64,000 nt of DNA from positions 16,579 to 80,578 of the forward strand of contig JAMPCO010000001.1 in NCBI GenBank assembly GCA_023666145.1, given 5' to 3'. Of the stretch, positions 10,419 through 20,406 are shown one piece after another (positions within the stretch are counted from its first letter, which is position 1; the number at the start of each line of letters is the position of its first letter). The notes under the pieces were generated by a model, which was not told the DNA's origin, did no database searches, and was given only the letters and a program-made list of their open reading frames with translations. The translations under genes and the position numbers were made by a program. This DNA is from Prevotella sp. Lineage in GTDB: Bacteria > Bacillota > Clostridia > Christensenellales > UBA1242.

Positions 10419-12170
10419 ATGTTCCGCTTGATGAAACGTTTGCAAAAAATAGACTGGCTGTATTTCGCTTTTGCCGTCGTTTTCATCGTGTTACAAGTTT
10501 GGTTAGATATTAAAGTAGTTGATTATACTCGTGACATTTTGTTGTTGATTCAACAAGGTGGCACTGTTACCCAAATTTTAGAACAGGGTGCGTATATGTT
10601 ACTTTGTGCGTTAGTCAGTTTACTCGGCGCTGTATTGTGTGGCTTCTTTTTTGCTTTGATTTCGGCACGATTGGCGCGCAATTTGCGTCGTGAAATTTAT
10701 TTGAAAGTACAAAGTTTATCCATGGCTGACGTCAAGAAATTTTCCGTATCAAGTTTAATTACACGCACTACGAACGACATCACTCAGGTACAAAATTTAA
10801 TCGCCATGGGAATGCAAATGTTATTAAAAGCACCAATTACCGCCATTTGGGCAATTACAAAAATTGCTAATAAAAGTTGGGAGTGGAGTACGTTAACCGC
10901 TGGGTCGGTCATCGTGATTTTAGTCGGCGTTACCATCATTATGGCGTTAGTATTACCCAAATTCAAAAAAGTGCAAGCCTGTATCGACGACATCAACAAT
11001 GTAACGGAGGAGCAGTTGACGGGTATCCGGGTCGTGCATGCTTTCAATGCTGAGTCTTATCAAGAAGCCAAATTTGAACAAAAGAATCACGCCTTAACCA
11101 AAACACAAATCTTCAACCAACGCACGATGGGTTTTATGAACCCGTTGATGTATCTGGTCATGAATTTGATGTCATTAGGCATTTATTGGATTGGGGCGTT
11201 CTTAATAAACGGTGCTGATTTTGGCAAAGACATCCTATATGCGGACATGGGCACATTTAATGGTTATGCCAGCCAAGTTGTTTCGTCATTTTTAATGTTG
11301 GTCATGATTTTTATCATGTGGCCACGTGCCAGTGTTTCTGCGGCGCGCATTAACCAAGTTTTAGGTACAAAGAACAGTATCCTCAATGGCCAATTTATGG
11401 GCAAAACAGAACTGAAAGGTGTGATTGAATTCCGCAATGTCAGTTTCAAATATCCCGACAGCGAAGAATTAATGTTAAAGGACCTCTCATTCAAAACTAA
11501 AATGGGCGACACGTTGGCGTTTATTGGTTCGACGGGTAGTGGCAAAACGACAGTCGTCAATTTGATGATGCGTTTTTACGATTGTACCGATGGCGAAATC
11601 TTGATTGACGGTATGAACATTAAAGAATATGACTTAGAAACTTTATATAATAAAATTGGTTATGTTCCACAAAGGGCAATCCTGTTTTCTGGTACTGTCA
11701 GCGATAACGTGGCTTTTGGCGATAACGGTAAAGCAACAATTTCTGATGAACAAATTCAACAAGCCATTGCTGTCGCGCAAAGTACCAATTTTGTTGAAAA
11801 GATGACAGACGGTTACCAAAGCAATGTCGCACAAGGCGGATCCAATCTTTCGGGTGGTCAAAAACAACGTTTGTCCATTGCCCGTGCGGTGGCACGTGAC
11901 CCAGAAATTTACATTTTTGATGATTCGTTCTCGGCTTTGGATTATGTTACCGACTATAAGTTACGAACAGAATTAAAACGACATACCAAAGACGCAACCA
12001 ATGTGATTGTCGCCCAACGCATTGGCACGATTATGAATGCCGACACCATCGTCGTATTGGAAAAGGGCGAATGTGTCGGCATTGGCAAGCATCGCGAATT
12101 GTTGAAAAAATGTAAAACTTATCAAGAAATTGCTTTTTCGCAGTTGAGTAAGGAGGAATTAAATGGCTGA
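10419..12170 (+). CDS. ABC exporter, fused permease/ATPase, subunit with the degenerate ATPase site
   Basis: N-terminal 6-TM domain. Walker A is GSTGSGKTT and the signature is LSGGQKQR. Walker B is IYIFDDS (Asp in place of the catalytic Glu) and the H-loop is VAQR (Gln for His). SD GGAGGGG lies upstream. Confidence 0.85.
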   Translation: MFRLMKRLQKIDWLYFAFAVVFIVLQVWLDIKVVDYTRDILLLIQQGGTVTQILEQGAYMLLCALVSLLGAVLCGFFFALISARLARNLRREIYLKVQSLSMADVKKFSVSSLITRTTNDITQVQNLIAMGMQMLLKAPITAIWAITKIANKSWEWSTLTAGSVIVILVGVTIIMALVLPKFKKVQACIDDINNVTEEQLTGIRVVHAFNAESYQEAKFEQKNHALTKTQIFNQRTMGFMNPLMYLVMNLMSLGIYWIGAFLINGADFGKDILYADMGTFNGYASQVVSSFLMLVMIFIMWPRASVSAARINQVLGTKNSILNGQFMGKTELKGVIEFRNVSFKYPDSEELMLKDLSFKTKMGDTLAFIGSTGSGKTTVVNLMMRFYDCTDGEILIDGMNIKEYDLETLYNKIGYVPQRAILFSGTVSDNVAFGDNGKATISDEQIQQAIAVAQSTNFVEKMTDGYQSNVAQGGSNLSGGQKQRLSIARAVARDPEIYIFDDSFSALDYVTDYKLRTELKRHTKDATNVIVAQRIGTIMNADTIVVLEKGECVGIGKHRELLKKCKTYQEIAFSQLSKEELNG

Positions 12171-14001
12171 GCAAACACGTCGCACTCCACGGCGGGGATT
12201 TGGCGGATCGCGTGGTCGCGTTGCCGAAAAACCCAAGAACTTCAAACAAGCATTGAAAAATATGTTAATTTATTTGAAACCATTTTTGCCGGCGGTCATT
12301 GTGGCAGTCATTTTAGCAGTGGTATCTTCCATCCTATCTATCGTCGGTCCTAACCAAATTTCGGAATTAAGTAATCAAATTCTGGTGGGAGTGCCAACCA
12401 ATTTCAACCCGCAACCTGATCCCATTAACATGGATATTGTGCTAAGAATTGCTATCACATTGTTAATTATTTATGGATGCAGTGCGGTTTTTTCGTACAT
12501 TCAGCAATTTATCATGGCGACAACAGCAAACCGTTTTGCCAAAAATTTACGTGACAGCATTGCCAAAAAAATTAATTACATTCCGCTTGCGTATATGGAC
12601 ACCCACACGCGTGGTGACATCCTTTCGTGCGTTACTAACGATGTTGACACACTGGCACATTCGCTTTCTAACTCATTAGGAACATTGTTTAGTGCCGTGG
12701 CTTTGTTACTGGGTTCGACTTTAATGATGTTTATTACTAATTGGGTGATGGCTTTTACCGCAATTGCGGCATCGATGATTGGAATGATTTTAATGGTGAT
12801 AATTCTCAAACGTTCACAAAAATATTTTATGCGTCGCCAAATTGAATTGGGCGCAATTAACGGGCACATCGAAGAAATTTACGGTGCACATAATGTTGTC
12901 AAAGCCTACAACGCCCAAAACGTTACAACGCAAGAATTTGACGAGTTAAACAACAAACTCTATAAAAGCAACAAAATGAGTGAATTTTTTGGTGGCATGA
13001 TGCCACAAATTATGGGCTTTATTGGGGAATTGGGCTATTTGGCTGTTGCCGTTGTTGGGGCAGTTTTGTGTATCAATGGTTATATCAGTGTTGGAACAAT
13101 TTTTGCTTTCATTATTTATGTGCGCTTGTTTACCAATCCGCTGTCGCAAATTTCGCAATGTTTGAACCGTTTGCAATCGGGGATGGCGGCGTCCGAACGT
13201 GTCTTTGCGTTTTTACACGAAGCCGAAATGTCGAATCAATCTGCCTGTAACGAATATGTGGATCCCCAAACGGCTAAGGGTGCCATCAGTTTTCAACACG
13301 TTAAATTTGGTTATCGCCCTAACGAATTGGTGATTAAAGATTTTTCTTGCGAAGTTAAACCAGGGCAAAAAATTGCGATTGTCGGGCCAACGGGAGCAGG
13401 AAAAACCACATTAGTCAATCTTTTGATGAAATTTTACGATATTGATGGTGGAGATATTTTAATTGATGGCAAATCAATTCGACGCCTAACGCGGGAGAAT
13501 ATTCACGATTTGTTTACGATGGTTTTGCAAGATACTTGGTTGTTTAAGGGAACTGTCCGTGAAAATTTGTGCTACAACCGTGAAGATATTGCCGACGATG
13601 AAATCATGGATGTTTGTCGGATTATTGGTATTGAAAAGTTTGTCACCTCGTTACCAAATGGCTTGGATACGGTCTTAGACGACAGTAACAATATTTCGGC
13701 AGGACAATTGCAATTATTTACTATTGCGCGTGGGATGTTGCAAAAATCACCTTTTTTGATTTTAGACGAAGCCACATCATCGGTAGATACTCGTACGGAA
13801 GAATTGGTACAAAAAGCCATGGATCGTTTGGCTGCCAATAAAACCTCTTTTATTATCGCGCACCGTTTGTCGACCATTCGCAATGCGGATAAAATTTTGG
13901 TTCTAGAGCATGGTGACGTTGTTGAGCAGGGTAACCACGAACAGTTAATGACCTTAAATGGAGCGTACGCAACACTTTATAATTCTCAATTCAAGAAGTA
14001 A
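12163..14001 (+). CDS. ABC exporter, fused permease/ATPase, subunit with the consensus catalytic residues
   Basis: Walker A GPTGAGKTT, Walker B FLILDEATS, H-loop IAHRLST, but the signature is ISAGQLQ. Its start overlaps the upstream stop by 8 nt and follows SD AAGGAGG. The complementary asymmetry is typical of heterodimeric exporters of the LmrCD/BmrCD/TM287-288 type. Confidence 0.85.
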   Translation: MAEQTRRTPRRGFGGSRGRVAEKPKNFKQALKNMLIYLKPFLPAVIVAVILAVVSSILSIVGPNQISELSNQILVGVPTNFNPQPDPINMDIVLRIAITLLIIYGCSAVFSYIQQFIMATTANRFAKNLRDSIAKKINYIPLAYMDTHTRGDILSCVTNDVDTLAHSLSNSLGTLFSAVALLLGSTLMMFITNWVMAFTAIAASMIGMILMVIILKRSQKYFMRRQIELGAINGHIEEIYGAHNVVKAYNAQNVTTQEFDELNNKLYKSNKMSEFFGGMMPQIMGFIGELGYLAVAVVGAVLCINGYISVGTIFAFIIYVRLFTNPLSQISQCLNRLQSGMAASERVFAFLHEAEMSNQSACNEYVDPQTAKGAISFQHVKFGYRPNELVIKDFSCEVKPGQKIAIVGPTGAGKTTLVNLLMKFYDIDGGDILIDGKSIRRLTRENIHDLFTMVLQDTWLFKGTVRENLCYNREDIADDEIMDVCRIIGIEKFVTSLPNGLDTVLDDSNNISAGQLQLFTIARGMLQKSPFLILDEATSSVDTRTEELVQKAMDRLAANKTSFIIAHRLSTIRNADKILVLEHGDVVEQGNHEQLMTLNGAYATLYNSQFKK

Positions 14002-14009
14002 ATCGTCAA

Positions 14010-14867
14010 ATGCGGAACCATATTACATATACTGTGGTAATGGCTCCATTTACGAAAGCGAAAATTGCCAAAATTGCTGGCAATAATCCCAAAGTGATGC
14101 AAGGAATTGAAAGTATGTTAAACGGTGAAGTCATTTTTCACTCGTTTGAACGTGCGTTATCCTTGCTAATTATCGCCAAAAACGAACATTATTTACAAGC
14201 AGTAGAAGCCGGTTTACAAGTCACAATCAACGAAATCAAAAATTATTACGCGCAACATTCGCCTTATATGGATGATGAAAAAACATCGTTATGGTTGTAT
14301 ACGCTACAATATTTGATTACTAATTTAGGAAAGTGGGAATTTGCCAATAAAAAGGAAAATCATTATCAGCCAAGTTTAATGCAAAAACTACGTTACGTGG
14401 AAATTAAAGGGGCTAATCTAGGGTTGCGCAATAACACAATTCATAATGAATGTTTCACCAAAGACCATCAGCGACCAAACGACCAAGATTTGCGCAATTT
14501 TGAATTTTTAGATGAACAACGTTTAGACTCATTTACCAATCGTTTGAATAAATTTGAAATCACGCAAAACCCGCATGACCTCTTTGATTCCACCAGAAGT
14601 TTTCAAGCATCGCAGCAATCTGCTTTTACACACAATTATGTCAACATATTGGAAAAAGTTATTCAACATCTTCAAGCGACTTTGCATGTCTTAGAATTTG
14701 ATTTAACATATTTAATCCAACACGCAGAACTCATCAATCAAGAAATTGCGAAATATATTGGTTCTCATGATCAAGATAAAATAGATAGCATCAACAAAGC
14801 CATCTTTCGTCACATTGAAAAACAACGACAAGTGAAATTGGCTAATTTGAATGAGAAAAATCGATAA
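14010..14867 (+). CDS. Hypothetical protein, paralog 1 of a tandem pair (helical, no TM, no motif I recognise)
   Basis: 285-aa ORF starting 8 nt after the ABC stop. It shares long identical blocks with the next ORF. Confidence 0.6.
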   Translation: MRNHITYTVVMAPFTKAKIAKIAGNNPKVMQGIESMLNGEVIFHSFERALSLLIIAKNEHYLQAVEAGLQVTINEIKNYYAQHSPYMDDEKTSLWLYTLQYLITNLGKWEFANKKENHYQPSLMQKLRYVEIKGANLGLRNNTIHNECFTKDHQRPNDQDLRNFEFLDEQRLDSFTNRLNKFEITQNPHDLFDSTRSFQASQQSAFTHNYVNILEKVIQHLQATLHVLEFDLTYLIQHAELINQEIAKYIGSHDQDKIDSINKAIFRHIEKQRQVKLANLNEKNR

Positions 14868-14880
14868 TATGAGGAATATC

Positions 14881-14909
14881 TTGCAAAATTTGTGATTTTG
14901 AGTTATAAT
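14881..14909 (+). promoter_or_regulatory. Near-consensus promoter placed for a leaderless transcript of paralog 2
   Basis: TTGCAA (14881-86), 17 nt, TATAAT (14904-09), then 6 nt and the ATG at 14916. No SD. Confidence 0.6.
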
Positions 14910-14915
14910 AATTAA

Positions 14916-15827
14916 ATGACAGACAATCAATCAAACAACCACAACAAAGATACCAAACGTTCAAAATTGACCTTTGAAACGGTTGATTTAAGCCTGTTTT
15001 TAGGTTCGGAAGATACCGCTAAAACCAATCGTTTTCATAATATCATTGCTAAAATTGCTGATAACAATCAAGAAGTTACCGCCGGTCTGGAAGCGTTGTT
15101 TCATGAAACTGTATCGTTGCCTTCTTTTGAACGGGCAATTACATTGTTGATTACAGCCAAAAATGAACGCCAGTTACAAGCGGTTGAAGCCGCCTTACAA
15201 GTAACTATCAACGTGATTAAAAAATACCATGCGCAACGTTCACCTTACATGACAACGAAGAAAACTGCTTTGTATTTATATACTTTACAATATCTGATTA
15301 CCCATTTAGGTAATTGGAAGTTTCAAAACAAAGAATTGAACAATTTCAAACCTGCTTTAGTGCAGAAGTTACAAGATGTTAAGCAGAAGAGTAACTACTT
15401 AGGTATCAACGATGCTGTTGTACACAATGAATGTTTCACAACAATTTACCAACAACCCAATCATCCAATTTTAAGCAATTTTGAGTTTCTGGACGAACAA
15501 CGTTTAGATGCATTTGCTAACCGCTTGAGCCAAATTGAATTGCGCCAAAATACCAGGAACTATTCCAGTAACTTAACCGATGAGACGATGACGAAACGCC
15601 AAAAAGCGTTTGTTGACCAAATTATCAATTATCTTGAATGCATTTTAGGTGTTCCTAAATTGAATTCGGCAATGGTAATCAAAAATCAAGAACGCATTCA
15701 GCAAGCCATCGGTGGCTATATTCGTAACAATGATTCACGTGAGATTGACAAAATTATGCGTAACATTATGTTTATATTGCAAAAAACGGAAATGCAATCA
15801 TCATTAAATAATGGGCTGACTTTATAA
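14916..15827 (+). CDS. Hypothetical protein, paralog 2 of the tandem pair
   Basis: 303-aa ORF. Blocks shared with paralog 1: SFERA..LLI.AKNE..LQAVEA.LQVTIN, LYTLQYLIT.LG.W.F, HNECFT, NFEFLDEQRLD.F.NRL. Confidence 0.6.
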   Translation: MTDNQSNNHNKDTKRSKLTFETVDLSLFLGSEDTAKTNRFHNIIAKIADNNQEVTAGLEALFHETVSLPSFERAITLLITAKNERQLQAVEAALQVTINVIKKYHAQRSPYMTTKKTALYLYTLQYLITHLGNWKFQNKELNNFKPALVQKLQDVKQKSNYLGINDAVVHNECFTTIYQQPNHPILSNFEFLDEQRLDAFANRLSQIELRQNTRNYSSNLTDETMTKRQKAFVDQIINYLECILGVPKLNSAMVIKNQERIQQAIGGYIRNNDSREIDKIMRNIMFILQKTEMQSSLNNGLTL

Positions 15828-15841
15828 TCTAAATATTTAGT

Positions 15842-15870
15842 TTACTGCTGTGTCAATTTTGTTTTATAAT
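15842..15870 (+). promoter_or_regulatory. Promoter candidate placed for a leaderless ABC ATPase transcript
   Basis: TTACTG, 17 nt, TATAAT (15865-70), then 6 nt and the ATG at 15877. A 12-bp perfect palindrome CTAAATATTTAG lies at 15829-15840. Confidence 0.45.
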
Positions 15871-15876
15871 TGAATA

Positions 15877-16578
15877 ATGTTAAAAATCAGTAATTTGAAT
15901 AAAACTTATGCTGACGGTAAGGTTGGGGTTAACAATTTAAGTTTAACGGTTGAAGCAGGGGATATTTGTGCCTTTATTGGACCCAATGGTTCTGGTAAAA
16001 CGACCACAATTCGTTGTATTGTCGGCACTTTAGATTTTGAATCGGGTGAAATTTTGATTGATAATCATTCGGTTAAAACCGAACCGCTAAATTGCAAAAA
16101 GATTACCGCGTACATTCCCGATAATCCCGATGTTTACACGTCGTTAACGGGCAATGAATATTTAAGTTTTGTGGCATCAATTTACCGTATTCCTGTTGCG
16201 GAACGTGATAAAGCCATCCAAAAATATGCCGAACAATGGGAGTTAACCAAAGATTTAGGGTTGCCAATCAAATCATACTCACATGGTATGCGCCAAAAAT
16301 TGGTGTTAATTTCTGCGTTTATGCGTAATCCCAAACTATTGGTATTAGATGAACCATTCGTTGGTTTAGACCCACAAGCATCGTTTGTACTAAAAAATAC
16401 CATGCATGAATTTGTCAAAAACGGCGGTGCAATTTTCTATTCCACCCACGTTTTGGAAGTCGCCGAAAAACTTTGCAACAAAGTTGTCATGATTAAAAAC
16501 GGCATTGTTATCAAACAAGGTACGATGCAAGAAATCAAAGCCGACAAAAGTTTGGAAGAGGTATTTTTGAATGCGTAA
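15877..16578 (+). CDS. ABC transporter ATP-binding protein (ABC-2/BcrA-like)
   Basis: Walker A GPNGSGKTT, signature-like SHGMRQKL, Walker B LLVLDEPF, H-loop YSTH. Confidence 0.85.
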   Translation: MLKISNLNKTYADGKVGVNNLSLTVEAGDICAFIGPNGSGKTTTIRCIVGTLDFESGEILIDNHSVKTEPLNCKKITAYIPDNPDVYTSLTGNEYLSFVASIYRIPVAERDKAIQKYAEQWELTKDLGLPIKSYSHGMRQKLVLISAFMRNPKLLVLDEPFVGLDPQASFVLKNTMHEFVKNGGAIFYSTHVLEVAEKLCNKVVMIKNGIVIKQGTMQEIKADKSLEEVFLNA

Positions 16579-18097
16579 CATTTGGTTATTGCTGAAAAAT
16601 TATTTTCTTTGCGGAATTGGCAACCTACGCCGCAAAAACGCACGCACTAAAACATTGGTCGGTATCACAACATTAATTTTAATTTACGCAGCAATTTTCG
16701 CTTTATTGTTGTTATCTATGCTGGCAATGGCGGAAGAAGGGGCAGAACTGGGGATGCAAGCCAGTGTTTTGGCATCGGGATTGATTATTTCGGTTTTTCT
16801 TTCCGTAGTTTTTTCTTTACAAAAGATTACTGGGGGACAAAAAGCGAGTGATAACGAAATGTTGCTGAGTATGCCATTGAAAAAGATAGAAATCATGATT
16901 GCTAAGGCTTTATCGCGGTTTGCGTTCAATTTAGCAATCGTCGTTCTATTCTTTTTACCAAGCATAATTGCTTATCTTGTTTATACGCCGTTTAACATTT
17001 TGGCAACAATCGGTTGTTTTGTGGTTATGTTTTTAATCCCGTTCATGGCGGTCGGGTTATCCTACCTCGTTGATTATGTCGCCACAGTTAGTTTTTCGAG
17101 TTCAAAATTTGGTAATCTAGCAAAAGCCTTTTTAAGTTTAATCACTTTAATTGGTATTATGGTGATTTACGAATTTTTTGTCATCAATATTGACAACACC
17201 ATCATGCTAGACGTTGTAAACTGGATGATCACATTTAATCCAGCCATCATGTTGCCATTGATTGTTGGTGCTATTTCGATTTTTATTTTGGGTAATTGGC
17301 TGAACGCAAAATTATTAAACCGTGAAAACCGCGCAGTACAAGCCAAACCGACGCGTCTCAGTTCCAAACAAACCACACCTTTAATGTCTTTATTAAAAAA
17401 CGAAAGTAATCGTTATTTTAATTCGCCGACTTTAATGTTAAACACGATGCTAGGGCCATTGTTTATGGTTTGTTTGACTGGCTATTTGACTGTCGACCGT
17501 GGTAAAATATTCACCTCCGATTTGTTCCAATCTCTAGGTATCAACGAGCAAATGATTGGTTTAATGGTTGGTGTCATTTTTGCTGTATCAGCGGTTTTAA
17601 CTTATCCCGCCGCCGTTTCCATATCTTTGGAAGGCAAACAATTATGGATTTTACGCAGTATGCCAATTCCCGCCCATACAATATTAACCGCCAAAGTTTT
17701 ATTTAATATTTTACTAATTGCGCCATTAAATACACTGTGCGCGATTGTTTTACAAATCGTTTTACATTTATCTTTTTTGGATTTTATGGCTATGTTGCTG
17801 ATTCCTTTGCTGGCTGCTGTATTGGTTTCATATACGGGAATTTTAATCAACCTATTTTTACCAAAATTTGAATTTGAAAATGAAAATACAGTTATCAAAC
17901 AAAGTTTAAGTGCCACCATTATGATGTTAGGGGGAATGCTGGTCACATTCGGATTGGTTTTCTTGGCAATCGTCTTAATAGGTTATGTGCCAATTGTAGT
18001 AACGATGGGAATTATAATTGGTATTCTTGCGACGGCTAATGGAATTGTCATGACTTTAGTTTACACGATTGGACAACGCATTTTTAACCATTTGTAA
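16571..18097 (+). CDS. Large polytopic ABC exporter permease (putative-ABC-exporter family, about 12 TM)
   Basis: 508 aa, almost entirely hydrophobic helices. Its start overlaps the ATPase stop by 8 nt, suggesting translational coupling. Confidence 0.7.
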   Translation: MRNIWLLLKNYFLCGIGNLRRKNARTKTLVGITTLILIYAAIFALLLLSMLAMAEEGAELGMQASVLASGLIISVFLSVVFSLQKITGGQKASDNEMLLSMPLKKIEIMIAKALSRFAFNLAIVVLFFLPSIIAYLVYTPFNILATIGCFVVMFLIPFMAVGLSYLVDYVATVSFSSSKFGNLAKAFLSLITLIGIMVIYEFFVINIDNTIMLDVVNWMITFNPAIMLPLIVGAISIFILGNWLNAKLLNRENRAVQAKPTRLSSKQTTPLMSLLKNESNRYFNSPTLMLNTMLGPLFMVCLTGYLTVDRGKIFTSDLFQSLGINEQMIGLMVGVIFAVSAVLTYPAAVSISLEGKQLWILRSMPIPAHTILTAKVLFNILLIAPLNTLCAIVLQIVLHLSFLDFMAMLLIPLLAAVLVSYTGILINLFLPKFEFENENTVIKQSLSATIMMLGGMLVTFGLVFLAIVLIGYVPIVVTMGIIIGILATANGIVMTLVYTIGQRIFNHL

Positions 18098-18114
18098 CCA
18101 ATAATAATATTAAG

Positions 18115-18618
18115 GTGAAAAAATTTATCACATTTGCTGTTGTGCTGGCAATCGGCTTGGTTGGGGTTTGGCTGTTGTTGTTTAATGTCTGTTTCCCATT
18201 GAAGTATCGGCAAGAAATTCTTGCGGCAACCGAAACTTATCAGGTTGACCCTGTTTTAATTGCGTCGGTAATCAACGCCGAAAGCAGTTTTGATAAAAAC
18301 AAAGTTTCATCTAAACAGGCCGTTGGGCTGATGCAACTTTTACCAGCAACCGCCGCCGCGATAACAACTGAAAAAAACATTGATTTATTTGACCCAGCAA
18401 CAAATATCTCACTAGGTGTCAAATATTTGGCGTACTTAATCAACCGATTTGACGACGTTGACACGGCATTGTTTGCCTATAACGCTGGGGAAGGGAACGT
18501 GGCGCGGTGGTTGGCGGAACAAGGGAAAACTAAATTGACGTCTTGTCCATTCAAAGCCACCAATGCCTATGTCCACAAAATTAAAAATAGTTTGAAATAT
18601 TATCGTGGTCGAATTTAG
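18115..18618 (+). CDS. Membrane-anchored lytic transglycosylase (SLT domain)
   Basis: N-terminal TM/signal sequence MKKFITFAVVLAIGLVGVWLLL. SLT motifs AESSFD, AVGLMQLLPATA and YNAGEGNV. GTG start. Confidence 0.8.
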   Translation: MKKFITFAVVLAIGLVGVWLLLFNVCFPLKYRQEILAATETYQVDPVLIASVINAESSFDKNKVSSKQAVGLMQLLPATAAAITTEKNIDLFDPATNISLGVKYLAYLINRFDDVDTALFAYNAGEGNVARWLAEQGKTKLTSCPFKATNAYVHKIKNSLKYYRGRI

Positions 18619-18653
18619 TCAACTTTTTACGAAATTTGTCATAAGGATTGGAT

Positions 18654-19283
18654 ATGGAAAATGCAACACAAAATTGGGAACAAATGACATATCCTTTTTT
18701 TAATCTGAAATTGACTTACAATTTAGATGCGTTAGAGCCACATATTGACGGCAAAACCATGCGCGCACATTACGACCGTTTATTGACAAATTACATTAAA
18801 AATTTGAATGAAATTTTGGAAACACGCTTGGATTTGCAAAGTATGACTTTAACCGAATTGTTGACTTATGCCGCAGCCAATCAAGATGTTGATTTATTGC
18901 ACCAAGCGGGCGGGGTATTCAATCACTTTTTCTTTTTCACCGAATTGCGACCAGCAACTGGACAAATCGTAATTGGAATTACCCCACAAGCCACGCAAAA
19001 CATTACTACCTCTTTTGGTGGTTGGAAAAATTTTAAGGAACAATTTGCTGATGCAGCGTTGAGCGTATTCGGCTCGGGGTATGCTTGGTTGATTAAAAAT
19101 GCTGCTGGTGGACTAGAAATCACAACCACCGCCAATCAAGACGTGCCACAAAATGGAACCCCAATTTTGTGTTTAGATATTTGGGAACACGCTTATTATT
19201 TACAACATTTGAACGAACGCCAAAGTTACATTGATGCATTTTGGAACGTGGTAGATTGGGTTAAGTTCAGCGAAAAAATCTAA
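18654..19283 (+). CDS. Fe/Mn-family superoxide dismutase (divergent)
   Basis: DALEPH, GGVFNH, DIWEHAYY and NQD motifs are present. The start is taken at the ATG with AAGGA 6 nt upstream; the ORF track starts at the TTG at 18648. Confidence 0.8.
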   Translation: MENATQNWEQMTYPFFNLKLTYNLDALEPHIDGKTMRAHYDRLLTNYIKNLNEILETRLDLQSMTLTELLTYAAANQDVDLLHQAGGVFNHFFFFTELRPATGQIVIGITPQATQNITTSFGGWKNFKEQFADAALSVFGSGYAWLIKNAAGGLEITTTANQDVPQNGTPILCLDIWEHAYYLQHLNERQSYIDAFWNVVDWVKFSEKI

Positions 19284-19289
19284 ACGATT

Positions 19290-20405
19290 TTATTTCAAAT
19301 TTTCTGGATTCAAGCATTTTAATTCTGGCAAAACAAATAATCCATTATCGCGAATCAGCACACCATCAAAATAAATTTGACCGCCATGGTATTCGGGTCG
19401 CATCGATAAAACGATATCCCAGTGGTTTTGGCTGTGATTGCCGTTCGGTGCATCATCATAAGCATTGCCCAACGCCATATGAATGGAACCAGAAATTTTT
19501 TCATCAAACAAAGTGTCGTACATTGGTTTGGTAATAAACGGATTAACGCCGAACGAAAATTCACCGACATAACGTGCGCCTTCATCCACATTTAATTCGG
19601 CGGTTAATTCGGCAGTGTGCGATGAACTTTCATGAACAACTTTACCATCTTTGAATTCCAAAGTTATATCATCGTGAATAATTCCTTTGTGTAAAGACGG
19701 GATATTAAAGTGAATTTTCCCATTGATCGACGTACGCAACGGGGAAGTGTAAATTTCACCGTCGGGAATATTGCACGAACCAGAACAAATCACCGCTGGT
19801 TGACCTTTAATTGAGAAAGTTAAATCGGTATCCTTTGCCACCAAGCGCACTTGGTCGGTTTTTTCCATCAGTTTTTTGAGGTGTTGCATTGCTTTGTCCA
19901 TTTTGGAATAATCTAAAGTGCAAACATCAAAGAAAAAGTCTTCGAAAACGTCACTCGGCATTTGGGCTAACTGCGCCAATGCTGGATTCGGATAATTCAA
20001 AATAACCCAATTAGTTTTGCAAACGCGGGTGTCCATATGCACTGGCTTGCTGTAAAATTTGCTGTAAATTTGTTTTTTTTCATCAGGAACGTCACTATTT
20101 TCAAATTTATTTTGTGGCGAACTGATGCCAATATATGCCGCGGCGCCTTCAAACATCGGTAAAGTATATTCACACGCTTTTTTGGCTTGCGTTTCGGTCA
20201 TGCCTAACATAACTTCGCGGCTGATTTCTCCGTCGCTTAAACGGACAAATGGGTAAGCCCCGATTTGATACGTTTGTCGCACCAATTCTTTAACCAATTC
20301 CTTGGCTTCAAGACCTGCCTCGATAATAATCGATTGTCCCTTTTGTAATTTACAACTGTAATGCAATAAGTTGTGTGCCAATTTTACAATGCGTTCGTCT
20401 TTCAT
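19290..20405 (-). CDS. Aminopeptidase, M29 (AmpS/aminopeptidase T) family
   Basis: 371 aa with typical family-wide similarity: KLAHNLLHYS, GEFSFGVNP, HMALG. Confidence 0.7.
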   Translation of the reverse strand: MKDERIVKLAHNLLHYSCKLQKGQSIIIEAGLEAKELVKELVRQTYQIGAYPFVRLSDGEISREVMLGMTETQAKKACEYTLPMFEGAAAYIGISSPQNKFENSDVPDEKKQIYSKFYSKPVHMDTRVCKTNWVILNYPNPALAQLAQMPSDVFEDFFFDVCTLDYSKMDKAMQHLKKLMEKTDQVRLVAKDTDLTFSIKGQPAVICSGSCNIPDGEIYTSPLRTSINGKIHFNIPSLHKGIIHDDITLEFKDGKVVHESSSHTAELTAELNVDEGARYVGEFSFGVNPFITKPMYDTLFDEKISGSIHMALGNAYDDAPNGNHSQNHWDIVLSMRPEYHGGQIYFDGVLIRDNGLFVLPELKCLNPENLK

Positions 20406-20406
20406 T

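Noticed and set aside
14400-14460. HEPN-like Rx4H motif (RNNTIH) in paralog 1
   Set aside because: The Arg is not conserved in paralog 2 (INDAVVH), so the motif is probably fortuitous.
18654-19283. SOD as another dead enzyme, with HYDRLL in place of the H(H/Y).KHH block
   Set aside because: The four metal-ligand positions (H in AHY, H in NHFFF, D and H in DIWEH), Tyr34 and the NQD Gln are all present. It is divergent but probably active.
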